Below, piece by piece: positions 37,457-47,468 of a DNA stretch of 64,000 bases (positions within the stretch are counted from its first letter, which is position 1; the number at the start of each line of letters is the position of its first letter). The DNA comes from Candidatus Kaiserbacteria bacterium. Lineage in GTDB: Bacteria > Patescibacteriota > Minisyncoccia > Phycocordibacterales > Phycocordibacteraceae. Where the stretch lies: contig JACRFL010000001.1 in assembly GCA_016217905.1 (NCBI GenBank), positions 18,287 to 82,286 of the forward strand, given 5' to 3'. A program made the position numbers and the translations under genes. Under the pieces are notes generated by a model, which saw nothing but the letters and a program-made list of their open reading frames with translations, had not been told where the DNA came from and did not search any database.

Positions 37457-38800
37457 ATGACACCCGTCGTCTCTCGTTTCGCCCCCTCGCCGACCGGACT
37501 TCTCCATTCCGGCAATTATCGCACGGCCATATTCGCCTACCTCTTCGCGAAACACAGCGGCGGGAAATTCATCGTACGCATCGAGGACACCGACGCGGCG
37601 CGTTCCAAACCGGAATATGAAAAAAATATTTTCGAAGCGCTCGTATGGCTCGATCTTCCTGCCGACGAAACGTACCGACAGAGCGATCACCGCGCGCGCC
37701 ACCGCGAGCTCCTTGAGAAACTCATCGTTGAAGATGTCGCGTACGTCTCGAAAGAAGCCCCGCAGGCTCCGGGCGACCGCGCGGAGGTCATCCGATTCAG
37801 GAACCAGGGCGGCGTCATCGCATTTACCGATGTCATCCGCGGCTCCATTGCGACCGACGTTACCGATCTCGGCGACTTCATCATCGCCCGGTCTCTCGAC
37901 GAACCGGTCTTCCACTTCGCGGTCGCCGTCGACGACGCGGACGAGGGCGTGACGCACGTCATCCGCGGCGCAGACCACATCTCGAACACCGCGCGCCAGA
38001 TACTCATTCAGCGCGCGCTCAACCTCCCCGAACCACGGTACGCGCACCTGCCGCTCATCCTCGACAAGGCGCACAAGAAGCTGTCGAAACGCACCGGGGC
38101 GAAGGCGCTCACCGAATATCGCGACATCGGCGTGCTGCCCGAAGCGTTCCTCAACTATCTCGCGCTTCTTGGCTGGAATCCGGGTGACGATCGCGAGTAT
38201 CTCTCGCGCGACGAACTCATCAAGGCGTTCGATCTCTCCCGCGTTCAGAAGGGAAGTGCCGTTTTCGACGAAGTGAAGCTCTTCTCGGTAAACCAGCACT
38301 GGATGCGCAAACTCTCGGTTGACGATTTTATCGCACATTTGAATGTAGGACGTACGACGTCCTACATGGATTCCGAGATGCTTCGGAGAGCCGTTCCGCT
38401 CCTCAAGGAACGCGCCCACACCTTCTCCGAGGCGCGGGAGATGCTCTTCGGCGAGCTCTCCTGCCTTTTCGCGAAAACCTCCCTCGACCACACCCTGCTC
38501 CTCGTAAAGGAACTTCCCGAACGCCCGGGAATGACCAAAAGAGCCTTGGAAGCCCTTTCTGCGGCTCTACAAGCCCTTCCCGAAGGCGTTTCCGCCGAGG
38601 CGGTAAAGGAGGCACTTATGCCGCTTGCGGACCTCGAAGAGGCAAAAGGGAAAGGGGGACGGGGAGCACTGCTCTGGCCGCTGCGGTATGCGCTCTCGGG
38701 ACGGGAGCGCTCGCCCGACCCGTTCACGCTCGTCTCCATCCTCGGCCACGCCGAAGCCGTTTCGCGCGTGCAGACAGCCATTGCTATACTGGAGAAATGA
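37457..38800 (+). CDS. gltX: Glutamate--tRNA ligase
   Basis: RFAPSPTG.LH.G, RIEDTD, THVIRG.DH, KLSKR. Confidence 0.96.
   Translation: MTPVVSRFAPSPTGLLHSGNYRTAIFAYLFAKHSGGKFIVRIEDTDAARSKPEYEKNIFEALVWLDLPADETYRQSDHRARHRELLEKLIVEDVAYVSKEAPQAPGDRAEVIRFRNQGGVIAFTDVIRGSIATDVTDLGDFIIARSLDEPVFHFAVAVDDADEGVTHVIRGADHISNTARQILIQRALNLPEPRYAHLPLILDKAHKKLSKRTGAKALTEYRDIGVLPEAFLNYLALLGWNPGDDREYLSRDELIKAFDLSRVQKGSAVFDEVKLFSVNQHWMRKLSVDDFIAHLNVGRTTSYMDSEMLRRAVPLLKERAHTFSEAREMLFGELSCLFAKTSLDHTLLLVKELPERPGMTKRALEALSAALQALPEGVSAEAVKEALMPLADLEEAKGKGGRGALLWPLRYALSGRERSPDPFTLVSILGHAEAVSRVQTAIAILEK
38343..38368. repeat. Palindromic element copy 2, in frame inside gltX
   Basis: ATGTAGGACGTACGACGTCCTACATG, identical to 12926-12951. 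Confidence 0.9.
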
Positions 38801-40125
38801 CGCGCCTCGGGTTTTTCATTCTTTCCGCGGGACTCGTGCTCGGGACGCCGTACCTCGCGCGCGCCGACGCCGCGTCCGACATTCAAGCGCAGATAGACGC
38901 GAACAATCAGCAGCTTGAAGCCCTCAAAGCAGATGTCGCCGCGTACCAGAAGCAGCTGGATATGCTCGGTACGCAGAAGAACACGCTCCAATCCACGGTG
39001 AACGCGCTCGCGCTATCCCAGAAGCAGCTCGCGGCGCAGATCAGAGCGACGCAAAACAAGATCTCCTCGGCGAATCTGCAGATACGGGAATTGACGCTCT
39101 CCATCGGCGACAAAGAGGCGGCCATCGCTTCCGGTCGGGACGCGGTCGCGAAGGCGCTTCGCAGCGTCGCTCAGGACGAAGGGGAGTCCCTTTTCACCAC
39201 ACTCATCTCGTCAGACTCGCTCGGCGAAGCGTGGCAGGCGGCCGACCAGGCAGCGCTATTCAACCGGGCGCTCGGCGGGCGTATTGCCGAATTGCGCGCG
39301 GCGCGTACCGAATTGGCGACGAATCGCGATCGGGTGACGAAAGCGAAGGCGGAGCTCGTGTCGCTCCAAAACGACCTCACGCTACAGAAACGCTCCGTCG
39401 ACGCGAACAAGGCGGCCCAGCAGCAGCTGCTCGCGCAAACCAAGAATCAAGAAGCCAACTACCAGAAACTCATCGCGCAGAAGCAGGCCGCCGAAAAGGC
39501 ATTCGAACAGGAGCTTGTCGACCTGCAAGGCCAACTGAATCTCATCGTGCATCCGGATCGCCTGCCGAAGGTCGGTTCGGGCGTTCTCTCTTGGCCCTTC
39601 GGCGGCTCGTTCATGCTGAATTGCACGCAACGCAAGAACGTGTTCGGAAATCTCTTCTGCATCACCCAATATTTCGGCACTACGCCGTTCTCGACGGCGA
39701 ACCCGCAGGTCTACAACGGCGGTGGGCATCCCGGCATCGATATCTTCGCGCCCATCGGCACGCCAATTAAAGCGGCGCTCCCCGGCGTCGTCCTCGCCAC
39801 CGGAAATACGGATATCTACGGGGGATGTTATTCCTACGGGAAATGGGTGATGGTCATCCACGGCAACGGCATCAGCACGCTCTACGCGCACCTCTCCGCG
39901 ATCGATGTGACGAAAGAGCAGTCGATTGAAACTGGGCAGACGATCGGACTGTCGGGTATGACCGGCTACGCGACCGGGCCGCACCTGCATTTCGGCGTGT
40001 ATGCGACCGAGGGCACTCAGATTCTGACCTTGCGCCAATTCCGCGGCGCGAAAAACGGCTGCGCCGACGCGCCGATGCCGGTGGCGACTCTCTCTGCCTA
40101 CCTCAATCCGCTTTCGTATCTCTAG
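38797..40125 (+). CDS. Coiled-coil M23 family peptidoglycan endopeptidase
   Basis: Signal peptide, long coiled coil, HPGID, YAHLS, TGPHLHF. Confidence 0.92.
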   Translation: MTRLGFFILSAGLVLGTPYLARADAASDIQAQIDANNQQLEALKADVAAYQKQLDMLGTQKNTLQSTVNALALSQKQLAAQIRATQNKISSANLQIRELTLSIGDKEAAIASGRDAVAKALRSVAQDEGESLFTTLISSDSLGEAWQAADQAALFNRALGGRIAELRAARTELATNRDRVTKAKAELVSLQNDLTLQKRSVDANKAAQQQLLAQTKNQEANYQKLIAQKQAAEKAFEQELVDLQGQLNLIVHPDRLPKVGSGVLSWPFGGSFMLNCTQRKNVFGNLFCITQYFGTTPFSTANPQVYNGGGHPGIDIFAPIGTPIKAALPGVVLATGNTDIYGGCYSYGKWVMVIHGNGISTLYAHLSAIDVTKEQSIETGQTIGLSGMTGYATGPHLHFGVYATEGTQILTLRQFRGAKNGCADAPMPVATLSAYLNPLSYL

Positions 40126-40228
40126 TGCGCCACAGAAGCAGGGAAGCGTATGTGCGATACGGAGGCCACCTCGACATGACGAGATATTACCATCCGTCGC
40201 CTTCCGTTGTATAATGCGGCTACCCGCC

Positions 40229-40402
40229 ATGTTCAAACTCATTTTCTGGATGCTTATCCTCTTGCTTGCGCTGTCGTTTTTTGGCATCTCTCTTCAGGCA
40301 ATCGTCAACTCTCCGGCCGGCCAGGCGAACTTCTCCTATCTCCTCGACCTCCTCTCTCGCGCTTGGCAATGGGCAACTTATTGGATTCGACCAACCGGAT
40401 AG
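40229..40402 (+). CDS. Small hypothetical membrane protein
   Basis: Hydrophobic N-terminus; TG-t-TATAAT-like box upstream near 40208-40215. Confidence 0.55.
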   Translation: MFKLIFWMLILLLALSFFGISLQAIVNSPAGQANFSYLLDLLSRAWQWATYWIRPTG

Positions 40403-40469
40403 CTTGCCGACAGGGCGAGGGAGAAGAATCTATAGTTCGCACAATATATCTTTTGCGTAAATAACGTAT

Positions 40470-41201
40470 TCAGCAGGAAATGTTCGCGACGATGTAGTCG
40501 TACGCCTCGTCTACCGAATCGACGACCGCGTAAAGCGCCAAATCTCCCTTGTCGATAGCCGCGTGCTCCTCGTATAGGACTTTCTCGATGAAGCCGATGA
40601 GCGGCTCCCAGTAGCTCTTCCCGAACAGAACGATGGGCACTTTGTGGATCTTCTTGGTTTGCACGAGCGTGATGATCTCGAACAGCTCGTCGAGCGTGCC
40701 GAAACCGCCGGGAAAGTAAATGTAGACTTCGGACGCATACGTCAGCATCACCTTCCGCACGAAAAAATGGTCGAAAACGAATCTCTCGGTGAGATACGGA
40801 TTATACTCCTGCGCTTCCGGCAAATTGATATTAAGCCCGACCGAAGCGCCGCCGACCTCGAACGCACCCTTGTTCGCGGCCTGCATGACGCCCGCGCTGC
40901 CGCCGGTGATAATCGCGAAGCCGCGTTTCGCAAGCCGCCGCGCGAGCTCTTCGGCGTCTTTATACACGTGATCCTCGAACGACGCGCGCGAACTGCCGAA
41001 AAAGGATGCCGCGAGGCCGTGACGGCGGATGATGTCGAATCCTTCCACAAATTCCGACATGATCTTGAAGATCCGCCATGATTCTATCTTCCTCGGCTTG
41101 CAGACGAGGAGCGGGCGTTTCTCGGGCAGGGTGCGCCGGCCTTCGTGGAGCATCTGCGCGAGCCGCTCGGCTGATTCGTCGCGGGTCAAATCCTCATTCA
41201 T
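40470..41201 (-). CDS. LOG family (TIGR00730-like) nucleotide phosphoribohydrolase
   Basis: FGSSR, TGG..G.M.AAN.GA, RKVML, PGGFGTLDELFE. Confidence 0.92.
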   Translation of the reverse strand: MNEDLTRDESAERLAQMLHEGRRTLPEKRPLLVCKPRKIESWRIFKIMSEFVEGFDIIRRHGLAASFFGSSRASFEDHVYKDAEELARRLAKRGFAIITGGSAGVMQAANKGAFEVGGASVGLNINLPEAQEYNPYLTERFVFDHFFVRKVMLTYASEVYIYFPGGFGTLDELFEIITLVQTKKIHKVPIVLFGKSYWEPLIGFIEKVLYEEHAAIDKGDLALYAVVDSVDEAYDYIVANISC

Positions 41202-41221
41202 GATGAGTGCATACTACCAGA

Positions 41222-41593
41222 CTACCGGGGTGCGCAATTCGCGGCGAGCGTATAACCTGCTTGCATCGCCGCAGAAGCGGAGACGAATCGCACTTTGTTG
41301 GCCTCCGCGATGCGGCCGGCTCCGACGCACTCGGTGAAGTAGTATTTTGTTCCGTTTTTCGACGCCACCACTTCCCCTCCCTGTCTGGCCGCAGGCTCCA
41401 CGGCCCCACCTAAGACTGCGGGGGATTCCTCGATTACGATGCCGCCCTCCCCCCGCCTCGCATCAAGTCCGGCGAGGAAGCCGAGGCCGAATGAGAACAG
41501 CGATGCGAGCACGAGGACGGCAAGGACGCTCGCGTCCCGCGGCACTCTCGCGACGAGGCTTTTGCATTTTTCGCGCACTTCTGCTACAGTCAT
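41222..41593 (-). CDS. Membrane-anchored protein with Ada-metal-binding-like C-terminal domain
   Basis: One TM; [10 protein letters not shown]...C......I...N...F.S...A..AGY....C. Confidence 0.7.
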   Translation of the reverse strand: MTVAEVREKCKSLVARVPRDASVLAVLVLASLFSFGLGFLAGLDARRGEGGIVIEESPAVLGGAVEPAARQGGEVVASKNGTKYYFTECVGAGRIAEANKVRFVSASAAMQAGYTLAANCAPR

Positions 41594-41612
41594 CGAGTAC
41601 TACTATAACACT

Positions 41613-41885
41613 ATGGCATCGACGAAGGCTGGCGGTTCCGCAAAAAACCTCAACGATTCCAACCCCAAATATCTCGGGGTGAAGCTTGCTGGCGGCGCTG
41701 CAGCGCGCCCGGGCATGGTCATCGTCCGTCAGCGCGGCACGAAAATCGAGGCGGGGAAGAATGTCGGTGTCGGCCGCGACCACACGCTCTTCGCGCTTGC
41801 AAACGGCACCGTCGCGTTCCGCACGCGCCGCAAGACCAACTTCGCCGGACGCATCATCGCCAAAAAAGTCGCCGACGTCATCTAA
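41613..41885 (+). CDS. rpmA: 50S ribosomal protein L27
   Basis: [34 protein letters not shown]. Confidence 0.96.
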   Translation: MASTKAGGSAKNLNDSNPKYLGVKLAGGAAARPGMVIVRQRGTKIEAGKNVGVGRDHTLFALANGTVAFRTRRKTNFAGRIIAKKVADVI

Positions 41886-41938
41886 GCCAAAGCCAGCAAA
41901 GCAAAAAAATAGTAAGACTCGGCCGAGCGGCAGGGAGA

Positions 41939-42382
41939 CTACTCCGCTTCGATTGTAATAGAAAACTTTCCGAACGTTTCTCCTGCGGCAACGGGGATGT
42001 CAAACGTGCCGAGCTCTTTGAGGGGCTTCTCGAGCTTGATCGCGTCCTCGGGTACATCAACGCGCGCCTGCTCCTTCATGGCGGCGCGAATCTCCTGCTT
42101 CCCCACCGCGTCGTAGAGGTGCCCCTTCTCGTTTGCCTTCATTTTGATAACGATGCGTGCCTCGTCAAGCGACGCGAGGTTTTGCGCGAGAAGCGCCGCA
42201 TCGAGGACGGCGCGGTCGGTGGCCTGCTTCATCCGCAATTCGGCCTCTTTCATCGCCGCGGGGGTCGCGGCCACCGCAAGCTTATTGGGGATAAGGAAAT
42301 TGAGTGCGTACCCGCCCGCCACGACGGCCGACTCGTGAGCGCGCCCGACCCCCTTCACGTCCTTGGTCAAAACAACCTTCAT
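41939..42382 (-). CDS. rplI: 50S ribosomal protein L9
   Basis: MKVVL.KDV.GVG, GYA.NFLIP..LA..AT, PLKELG. Confidence 0.93.
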   Translation of the reverse strand: MKVVLTKDVKGVGRAHESAVVAGGYALNFLIPNKLAVAATPAAMKEAELRMKQATDRAVLDAALLAQNLASLDEARIVIKMKANEKGHLYDAVGKQEIRAAMKEQARVDVPEDAIKLEKPLKELGTFDIPVAAGETFGKFSITIEAE

Positions 42383-42401
42383 GTGCGCCCAGCCTACCCT
42401 A

Positions 42402-43652
42402 TTACTTCCCCGTCGTCAAAAATGTGATCGCGCGGGCCATTTGCGGGTCTTTCTTCGCCGCCGCATCGGAGGGCGTGTACGGCACGATGATGTCCGGCGC
42501 AATCCCGTTGCCCATGATCCAGTGGCCCGCGGGCGTTACCCAACGAGCGACGGTAACCTTCAGCGACCCGCCGTCGAGGTCGATGAGCGTCTGCACGGAA
42601 CCCTTGCCGAAAGATTTCGTACCGATCAGGGTTGCGACGCGGGCATCCTTCAGAGCTCCCGCAAGAATCTCCGAAGCGGAGGCTGATCCGCCGTCGATAA
42701 GAACGGCGATGTCCGTCCCCGCCGGTACGTCCCCGTACCCGAGACTCGCATGCACCTGGTTCGCTTCCTTCCCTCCGAAATCTTCGGTCACGACCGTCGC
42801 GCCCTGCGGGAGGAAGTGGCTCGCGATGTCGACCGCCGCGTCAAGATAGCCGCCGGGGTTGCTCCGCAGGTCGAGAACGAGCTTTTTTGAACCGGACGCC
42901 TTGAAGCGCTCGAACGCCCGGCTAAAGAGGTCCGCGGAATTGGCGGTGAATTCGTAGAGTGCGATGCGGTAGACGCCGCTCGCCTGGTCGAGGCCGTCAT
43001 CGGTTTCCGGCACCTGGATCGTGTCGCGGACGACCTTGATGTCCGTCGCCTTTCCATTGCGGATGATGGTGAGATCGACGCTCGTGCCCGCCGGGCCGCG
43101 GATTTTGCTGACCGCCTTGTCGATGGAGAGACCTTCGGTCGATTTCCCATCGATTGCGATGATCTGATCGCCCGCTTTGATGCCGGCAACGGCGGCGGGG
43201 GTCCCCTTCAGGGGCGCGATGACGGTCAGGATGTTGTCCCGTATGCCGATCTCCATGCCGACGCCCGCGAAACTCCCCGAGATGCTTTCCGCGAACGCTT
43301 TCGCCTCCTCGGGCGGCAGATAAACGGTGTACGGGTCGCCGTAGGAGGCGGCGAGCCCGCTGATCGCGCCGTAGACGCGTTCTTTGGCGGTCGGCAGCGT
43401 CGAGGACGCGTGTGTGGCGACGTAATGTTCGGAGAGCGCGTTCCACGCTTTCCAGAAAGCGGCGACATCGGTCTTCTGGTCCGGCGTCGCGTCAAGGCCG
43501 TCCCCGAGAAGCGGAACGCGCGCAATGACCGAGGCCGGAGAACCGCCGCCGAAAGAGAGCCCCGCGCCGAAAGAGAGCCCCGCGACAAGAGCGAATGCGA
43601 CGCCGCGGGCGACGACGCCTTTCCTTCGACGATACCGGCTTTCTATTTCCAT
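42402..43652 (-). CDS. S41A carboxyl-terminal protease with PDZ domain (CtpA-like)
   Basis: GDPYT.Y, G.GMEI (PDZ), LDLRSNPGG, SASASEILAGAL, SFGKGSVQ. Confidence 0.93.
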   Translation of the reverse strand: MEIESRYRRRKGVVARGVAFALVAGLSFGAGLSFGGGSPASVIARVPLLGDGLDATPDQKTDVAAFWKAWNALSEHYVATHASSTLPTAKERVYGAISGLAASYGDPYTVYLPPEEAKAFAESISGSFAGVGMEIGIRDNILTVIAPLKGTPAAVAGIKAGDQIIAIDGKSTEGLSIDKAVSKIRGPAGTSVDLTIIRNGKATDIKVVRDTIQVPETDDGLDQASGVYRIALYEFTANSADLFSRAFERFKASGSKKLVLDLRSNPGGYLDAAVDIASHFLPQGATVVTEDFGGKEANQVHASLGYGDVPAGTDIAVLIDGGSASASEILAGALKDARVATLIGTKSFGKGSVQTLIDLDGGSLKVTVARWVTPAGHWIMGNGIAPDIIVPYTPSDAAAKKDPQMARAITFLTTGK

Positions 43653-43699
43653 CCTGCAGAGTGTAGCACAGGCAAAGCGACGCGTGGTATTCTGGACGC

Positions 43700-44617
43700 A
43701 TGATATTTCGGCATGCATACCGCGAAGGGGTGTGGGTCGACCTTGAACAGCCGAGCGAAGACGAAATACGGGACGTCATACGGGAGTTCTCGATCAGTTC
43801 CTCGTTCGAAAAGGAGATGCTCTCCCCCACCCCCGCCGCGCTCGTCGCGGGGGATGCCGGTATGACGCTTCTCGTCCTCCATTTCCCGGCGCACGGCGAG
43901 GACGACGACACGAAAAGCCAAGAGGTCGATTTCATCGTCGGCGACCGCTTCATCGTGACGATACGGTACGAGGTCGTCGCGCCCCTCTATCACCTTAAAA
44001 AGCTGCTTGAAGCCCAGACACTTGTCGAAAAGAAAAATCTTATCACGACCGACATCCTGCTTGAAATCCTCTTCGCGCATCTCTACGCGTCCGTGCGCGA
44101 TCACACCGACCACATTCTCGACAAACTGGCGCGCGTCGAGCGGGACATGTTCGACGGCCGCGAGCGCACCACGATACGCTCGATTTCGAATATCAGCCGG
44201 GAATTCCTGCATATGGAAGCGACACTCGCGAATCAGGAGGACTCCCTGGCCCGCTTCTTGAAGATGCTTGCCGGACGGGACGCGTTCGGCCCCGCCTTCG
44301 CCGAGCGGGCCGAGCGCGTCCTCGCGCAGCGCGAACAGGCCGCACGACTTGTCGCGACGCACCGCGCGGTCGCGGCCGAGCTGCGCGAGACCAACAGCGC
44401 GCTCCTCGGGTCGCGTCAAAACGAAATCATGAAGACGCTCACCACCGTTAATTTCATTTTCCTTCCGCTCGGACTCATCACGTGGACATTCGCGATGCGC
44501 ACAGAGGGCACGCCGCTTATCGATTCGCCGAACGCTTTTTGGATCGTGATCGGCATCATGCTCGGCGTCGCCGCTCTTTTGACCGCCTTTTTCGCGAGGA
44601 AACGCTGGATTTTCTGA
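43700..44617 (+). CDS. CorA-family divalent cation transporter (divergent)
   Basis: WVDLEQPS, NEIMKTLT, FLPL.LI, two C-terminal TMs; FAMR where GMN is expected. Confidence 0.85.
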   Translation: MIFRHAYREGVWVDLEQPSEDEIRDVIREFSISSSFEKEMLSPTPAALVAGDAGMTLLVLHFPAHGEDDDTKSQEVDFIVGDRFIVTIRYEVVAPLYHLKKLLEAQTLVEKKNLITTDILLEILFAHLYASVRDHTDHILDKLARVERDMFDGRERTTIRSISNISREFLHMEATLANQEDSLARFLKMLAGRDAFGPAFAERAERVLAQREQAARLVATHRAVAAELRETNSALLGSRQNEIMKTLTTVNFIFLPLGLITWTFAMRTEGTPLIDSPNAFWIVIGIMLGVAALLTAFFARKRWIF

Positions 44618-44620
44618 CGC

Positions 44621-46081
44621 ATGGACTGGTTCGCACGCATCAGGGGAAGACGGAAGACCGCGGTACAGCATCGACTCGCGCAAGTATTTCTCACGAACAC
44701 GCTCTCGGGCAACAAGGAACTTTTTGTATCCCAGAAACCGAAGACCGCGCTCCTCTATTCTTGCGGGCCGACCGTGTACAATCGCGCGCACATTGGGAAT
44801 CTGCGCGCATATGTGTTCTCGGACACTCTCGCACGTACCCTCGCCGCCGCCGGGTATCATGTACGTCGCGTCATCAACATAACGGACGTGGGGCATCTAG
44901 TCGGCGACGGCGATCGCGGCGAGGACAAAATGAGCGTGGGTGCAGCGCGCGAACACACGACACCTGAAGCAATCGCGCTTCGCTACGCCAAACTGTTCAT
45001 AGAAGACATCGACGAACTGAATATCGATACGAATGACATTCTTTTCCCGCGCGCTACCGACTACATCAAAGAGCAGATCGCGCTCGCCAAGACGCTCGAA
45101 GAAAAAGGCTTCGCCTACCGTCTCTCCGACGGCCTCTACTTCGACACGCAAAAGTTCCCGGGCTATGGGAAGCTCGGCGGACTTTCCGGTGTGAAGCTGG
45201 AAGCCGGTGCGCGCGTGGAAGTGGTGAGGGGCAAACACCACCCGTCCGATTTCGTGCTGTGGCGCACGGCGAAACCGGAAGATCTCCAGCAGTGGGACAG
45301 CCCGTGGGGCCGCGGCAATCCAGGCTGGCACATCGAGTGCTCGGCGATGATTCGCGCGCTCTTGGGGCAGGAGATCGACATCCATACCGGAGGCGAAGAC
45401 CACGTGAGCGTGCATCACAACAACGAGATCGCGCAATCCGAAGCGGCAAATGGGCGCACCTTCGTCCACTACTGGATGCACAGCGCTTTCCTCACCATGA
45501 ACGGAGAGAAAGCTTCAAAATCGCTCGGCAACGTTATCTATCTTTCGGACATCCTTGAGAAAGGATTCCATCCGCTCGCGCTTCGTTACTTCTTTCTCCA
45601 GGCGCACTACCGTACTCCCCTCTCCTTCTCCTGGGACGCGCTTGCGGGTGCAGCGAGCGCGCTCGATCGGCTCTGGAAACTCTCGCGAGAGATCTCCCAG
45701 GAATCCAAGAGCGTCGGCGTGCCTTCGGAGGCGCGCGAACGCTTCCTCGCTACCGTACGCGATGACCTCGCCACTCCGCAGGCGCTCGGCGTTCTCTGGG
45801 ATTCGCTTCGAAGCGAAGAATACGCGCCCGAAGAGAAGTGGGGACTTCTCGAGGACGCCGAGGCGCACTTCGGCCTCGCGCTTCGCACCCCCCCTCCTCT
45901 TCCCGGCGCCTTGGCCGAAGCGGATATACCGGAAGAGGTACGGAAGAGGGTCGCGCGCCGCGAAGCGGCGCGCGCGTCCTCGGATTTTGAGGAGGCCGAC
46001 CGCATCCGGCGTGAGATCGAAAAGAGTGGATATCGTGTGGAAGACTCCTCCGGCGGGCCGGTGTTGACCAAACGGCCGTAG
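44621..46081 (+). CDS. cysS: Cysteine--tRNA ligase
   Basis: YSCGPTVY..AHIGN, SPWG.G.PGWHIECSAM, DIH.GG, KASKSLGN. Confidence 0.97.
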   Translation: MDWFARIRGRRKTAVQHRLAQVFLTNTLSGNKELFVSQKPKTALLYSCGPTVYNRAHIGNLRAYVFSDTLARTLAAAGYHVRRVINITDVGHLVGDGDRGEDKMSVGAAREHTTPEAIALRYAKLFIEDIDELNIDTNDILFPRATDYIKEQIALAKTLEEKGFAYRLSDGLYFDTQKFPGYGKLGGLSGVKLEAGARVEVVRGKHHPSDFVLWRTAKPEDLQQWDSPWGRGNPGWHIECSAMIRALLGQEIDIHTGGEDHVSVHHNNEIAQSEAANGRTFVHYWMHSAFLTMNGEKASKSLGNVIYLSDILEKGFHPLALRYFFLQAHYRTPLSFSWDALAGAASALDRLWKLSREISQESKSVGVPSEARERFLATVRDDLATPQALGVLWDSLRSEEYAPEEKWGLLEDAEAHFGLALRTPPPLPGALAEADIPEEVRKRVARREAARASSDFEEADRIRREIEKSGYRVEDSSGGPVLTKRP

Positions 46082-46100
46082 TGGTAGAATCGGGGAGTAT

Positions 46101-47462
46101 ATGGCCACCCCTGCGGAGCGCGTCCCCCCGCAATCGCTCGAATCGGAGCGGGCGCTCCTTGGCGCGCTCCTCCTCAAGCCGGACGCCATTCACGACGTCT
46201 CGGATCTCATCCGCGCCGATTCTTTCTACGCGGAGAAACACCGGCTCATTTTCGGCGCGATGCGCGAGCTCGCCGAGCGCGGAGAACCGATTGATCAACT
46301 CTCGCTCTCCGAGCGGCTGCAGAACCAGGGACTGCTCGAGCGCGCCGGCGGCAGGAGTTATCTCGCGGAGCTCGCCGGCTCGGCACCCGCCCCCGGCAAC
46401 TTCCCCCACTACGCCGAGCTCGTGTCGCGGAAATATCTGATGCGCTCCTTGATCGACGCCGCGTACGGCATTACCGAATCGGCGTATGACGATGCGCGCG
46501 AGACGATGGAGGTCCTCGACGAAGCCGAGAAAAGCATCTACGCCATCGGCAACGCCTCCGCCGCGCACAAATTCACCGCGATCGGCGACAAGATCCACGA
46601 GGCGTGGGAGCGCATCGAAGCGCTCTCCCACAAGGAAGGCGGCATTCGTGGAGTTCCTTCTGGCTTCCCCGCTCTCGATAATCTCCTCTCCGGTTTCCAC
46701 CCCTCCGATCTCGTTATCATCGCGGCGCGCCCCTCGATGGGCAAGACGTCGCTCGCGCTTGATATCGCCCGGAACGCCGCCGTGCGCCACAATGTCCCCG
46801 TCGGCATCTTCTCGCTCGAGATGAGTTCGGAACAGCTTATCGACCGCATGCTTGCGGCCGAATCGTTTGTCAATTCCTGGAAACTGCGCACCGGCCAGGT
46901 GAAAGACGAGGAAGATTTCAGCCGCATACGCGACGCGCTCGAATCGCTTTCGAAAGCGCCCATTTTCATCGACGACAAGCCGGGCAACAATATCCTCGCG
47001 ATGCGCGCGGTCGCGCGACGCTTGAAGCGCGAGCGCGGCATCGGACTCATCATCGTCGACTATCTTCAGCTCATGTCGCCGACTTCGACCAAGTCGTCCG
47101 AGTCCCTCGTCCAGCAAGTAACCGAAATATCGCGCTCGCTCAAGTCGCTCGCGCGCGAGCTTTCCGTTCCGGTCATCGCGCTCTCGCAACTCAGTCGCGC
47201 CGTGGAGACTCGCGGCGGCAAGCCGCGCCTAAGCGATCTGCGCGATTCGGGCTCTATCGAGCAGGACGCCGATGTGGTGATGTTCATTCACCGCGAGGAC
47301 AAGCGCAACCCGGAGAGCGACCGGCCGAACATCGCCGAAATTCTGATTGAAAAGCACCGAAACGGCCCGACGGGAAAAACCGAACTCTACTTCGACGAGA
47401 AGCGCGCGACCTTCCAGCCGGTCGACACTTCGGGCTACGGCGAGTTCGCGGAGGAATTTTAA
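46101..47462 (+). CDS. dnaB: Replicative DNA helicase
   Basis: AARPSMGKT, FSLEMS, IVDYLQLM, LSQLSR, LRDSGSIEQDAD, K.RNGPTG; no intein. Confidence 0.98.
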   Translation: MATPAERVPPQSLESERALLGALLLKPDAIHDVSDLIRADSFYAEKHRLIFGAMRELAERGEPIDQLSLSERLQNQGLLERAGGRSYLAELAGSAPAPGNFPHYAELVSRKYLMRSLIDAAYGITESAYDDARETMEVLDEAEKSIYAIGNASAAHKFTAIGDKIHEAWERIEALSHKEGGIRGVPSGFPALDNLLSGFHPSDLVIIAARPSMGKTSLALDIARNAAVRHNVPVGIFSLEMSSEQLIDRMLAAESFVNSWKLRTGQVKDEEDFSRIRDALESLSKAPIFIDDKPGNNILAMRAVARRLKRERGIGLIIVDYLQLMSPTSTKSSESLVQQVTEISRSLKSLARELSVPVIALSQLSRAVETRGGKPRLSDLRDSGSIEQDADVVMFIHREDKRNPESDRPNIAEILIEKHRNGPTGKTELYFDEKRATFQPVDTSGYGEFAEEF

Positions 47463-47468
47463 AACGAC

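Noticed and set aside
41379-41397. CCTGTCTGGCCGCAGG (PAARQG) and the similar CTTGCCGACAGG near 40403 as degenerate repeat copies
   Set aside because: Too short and degenerate to distinguish from chance without a genome-wide profile.
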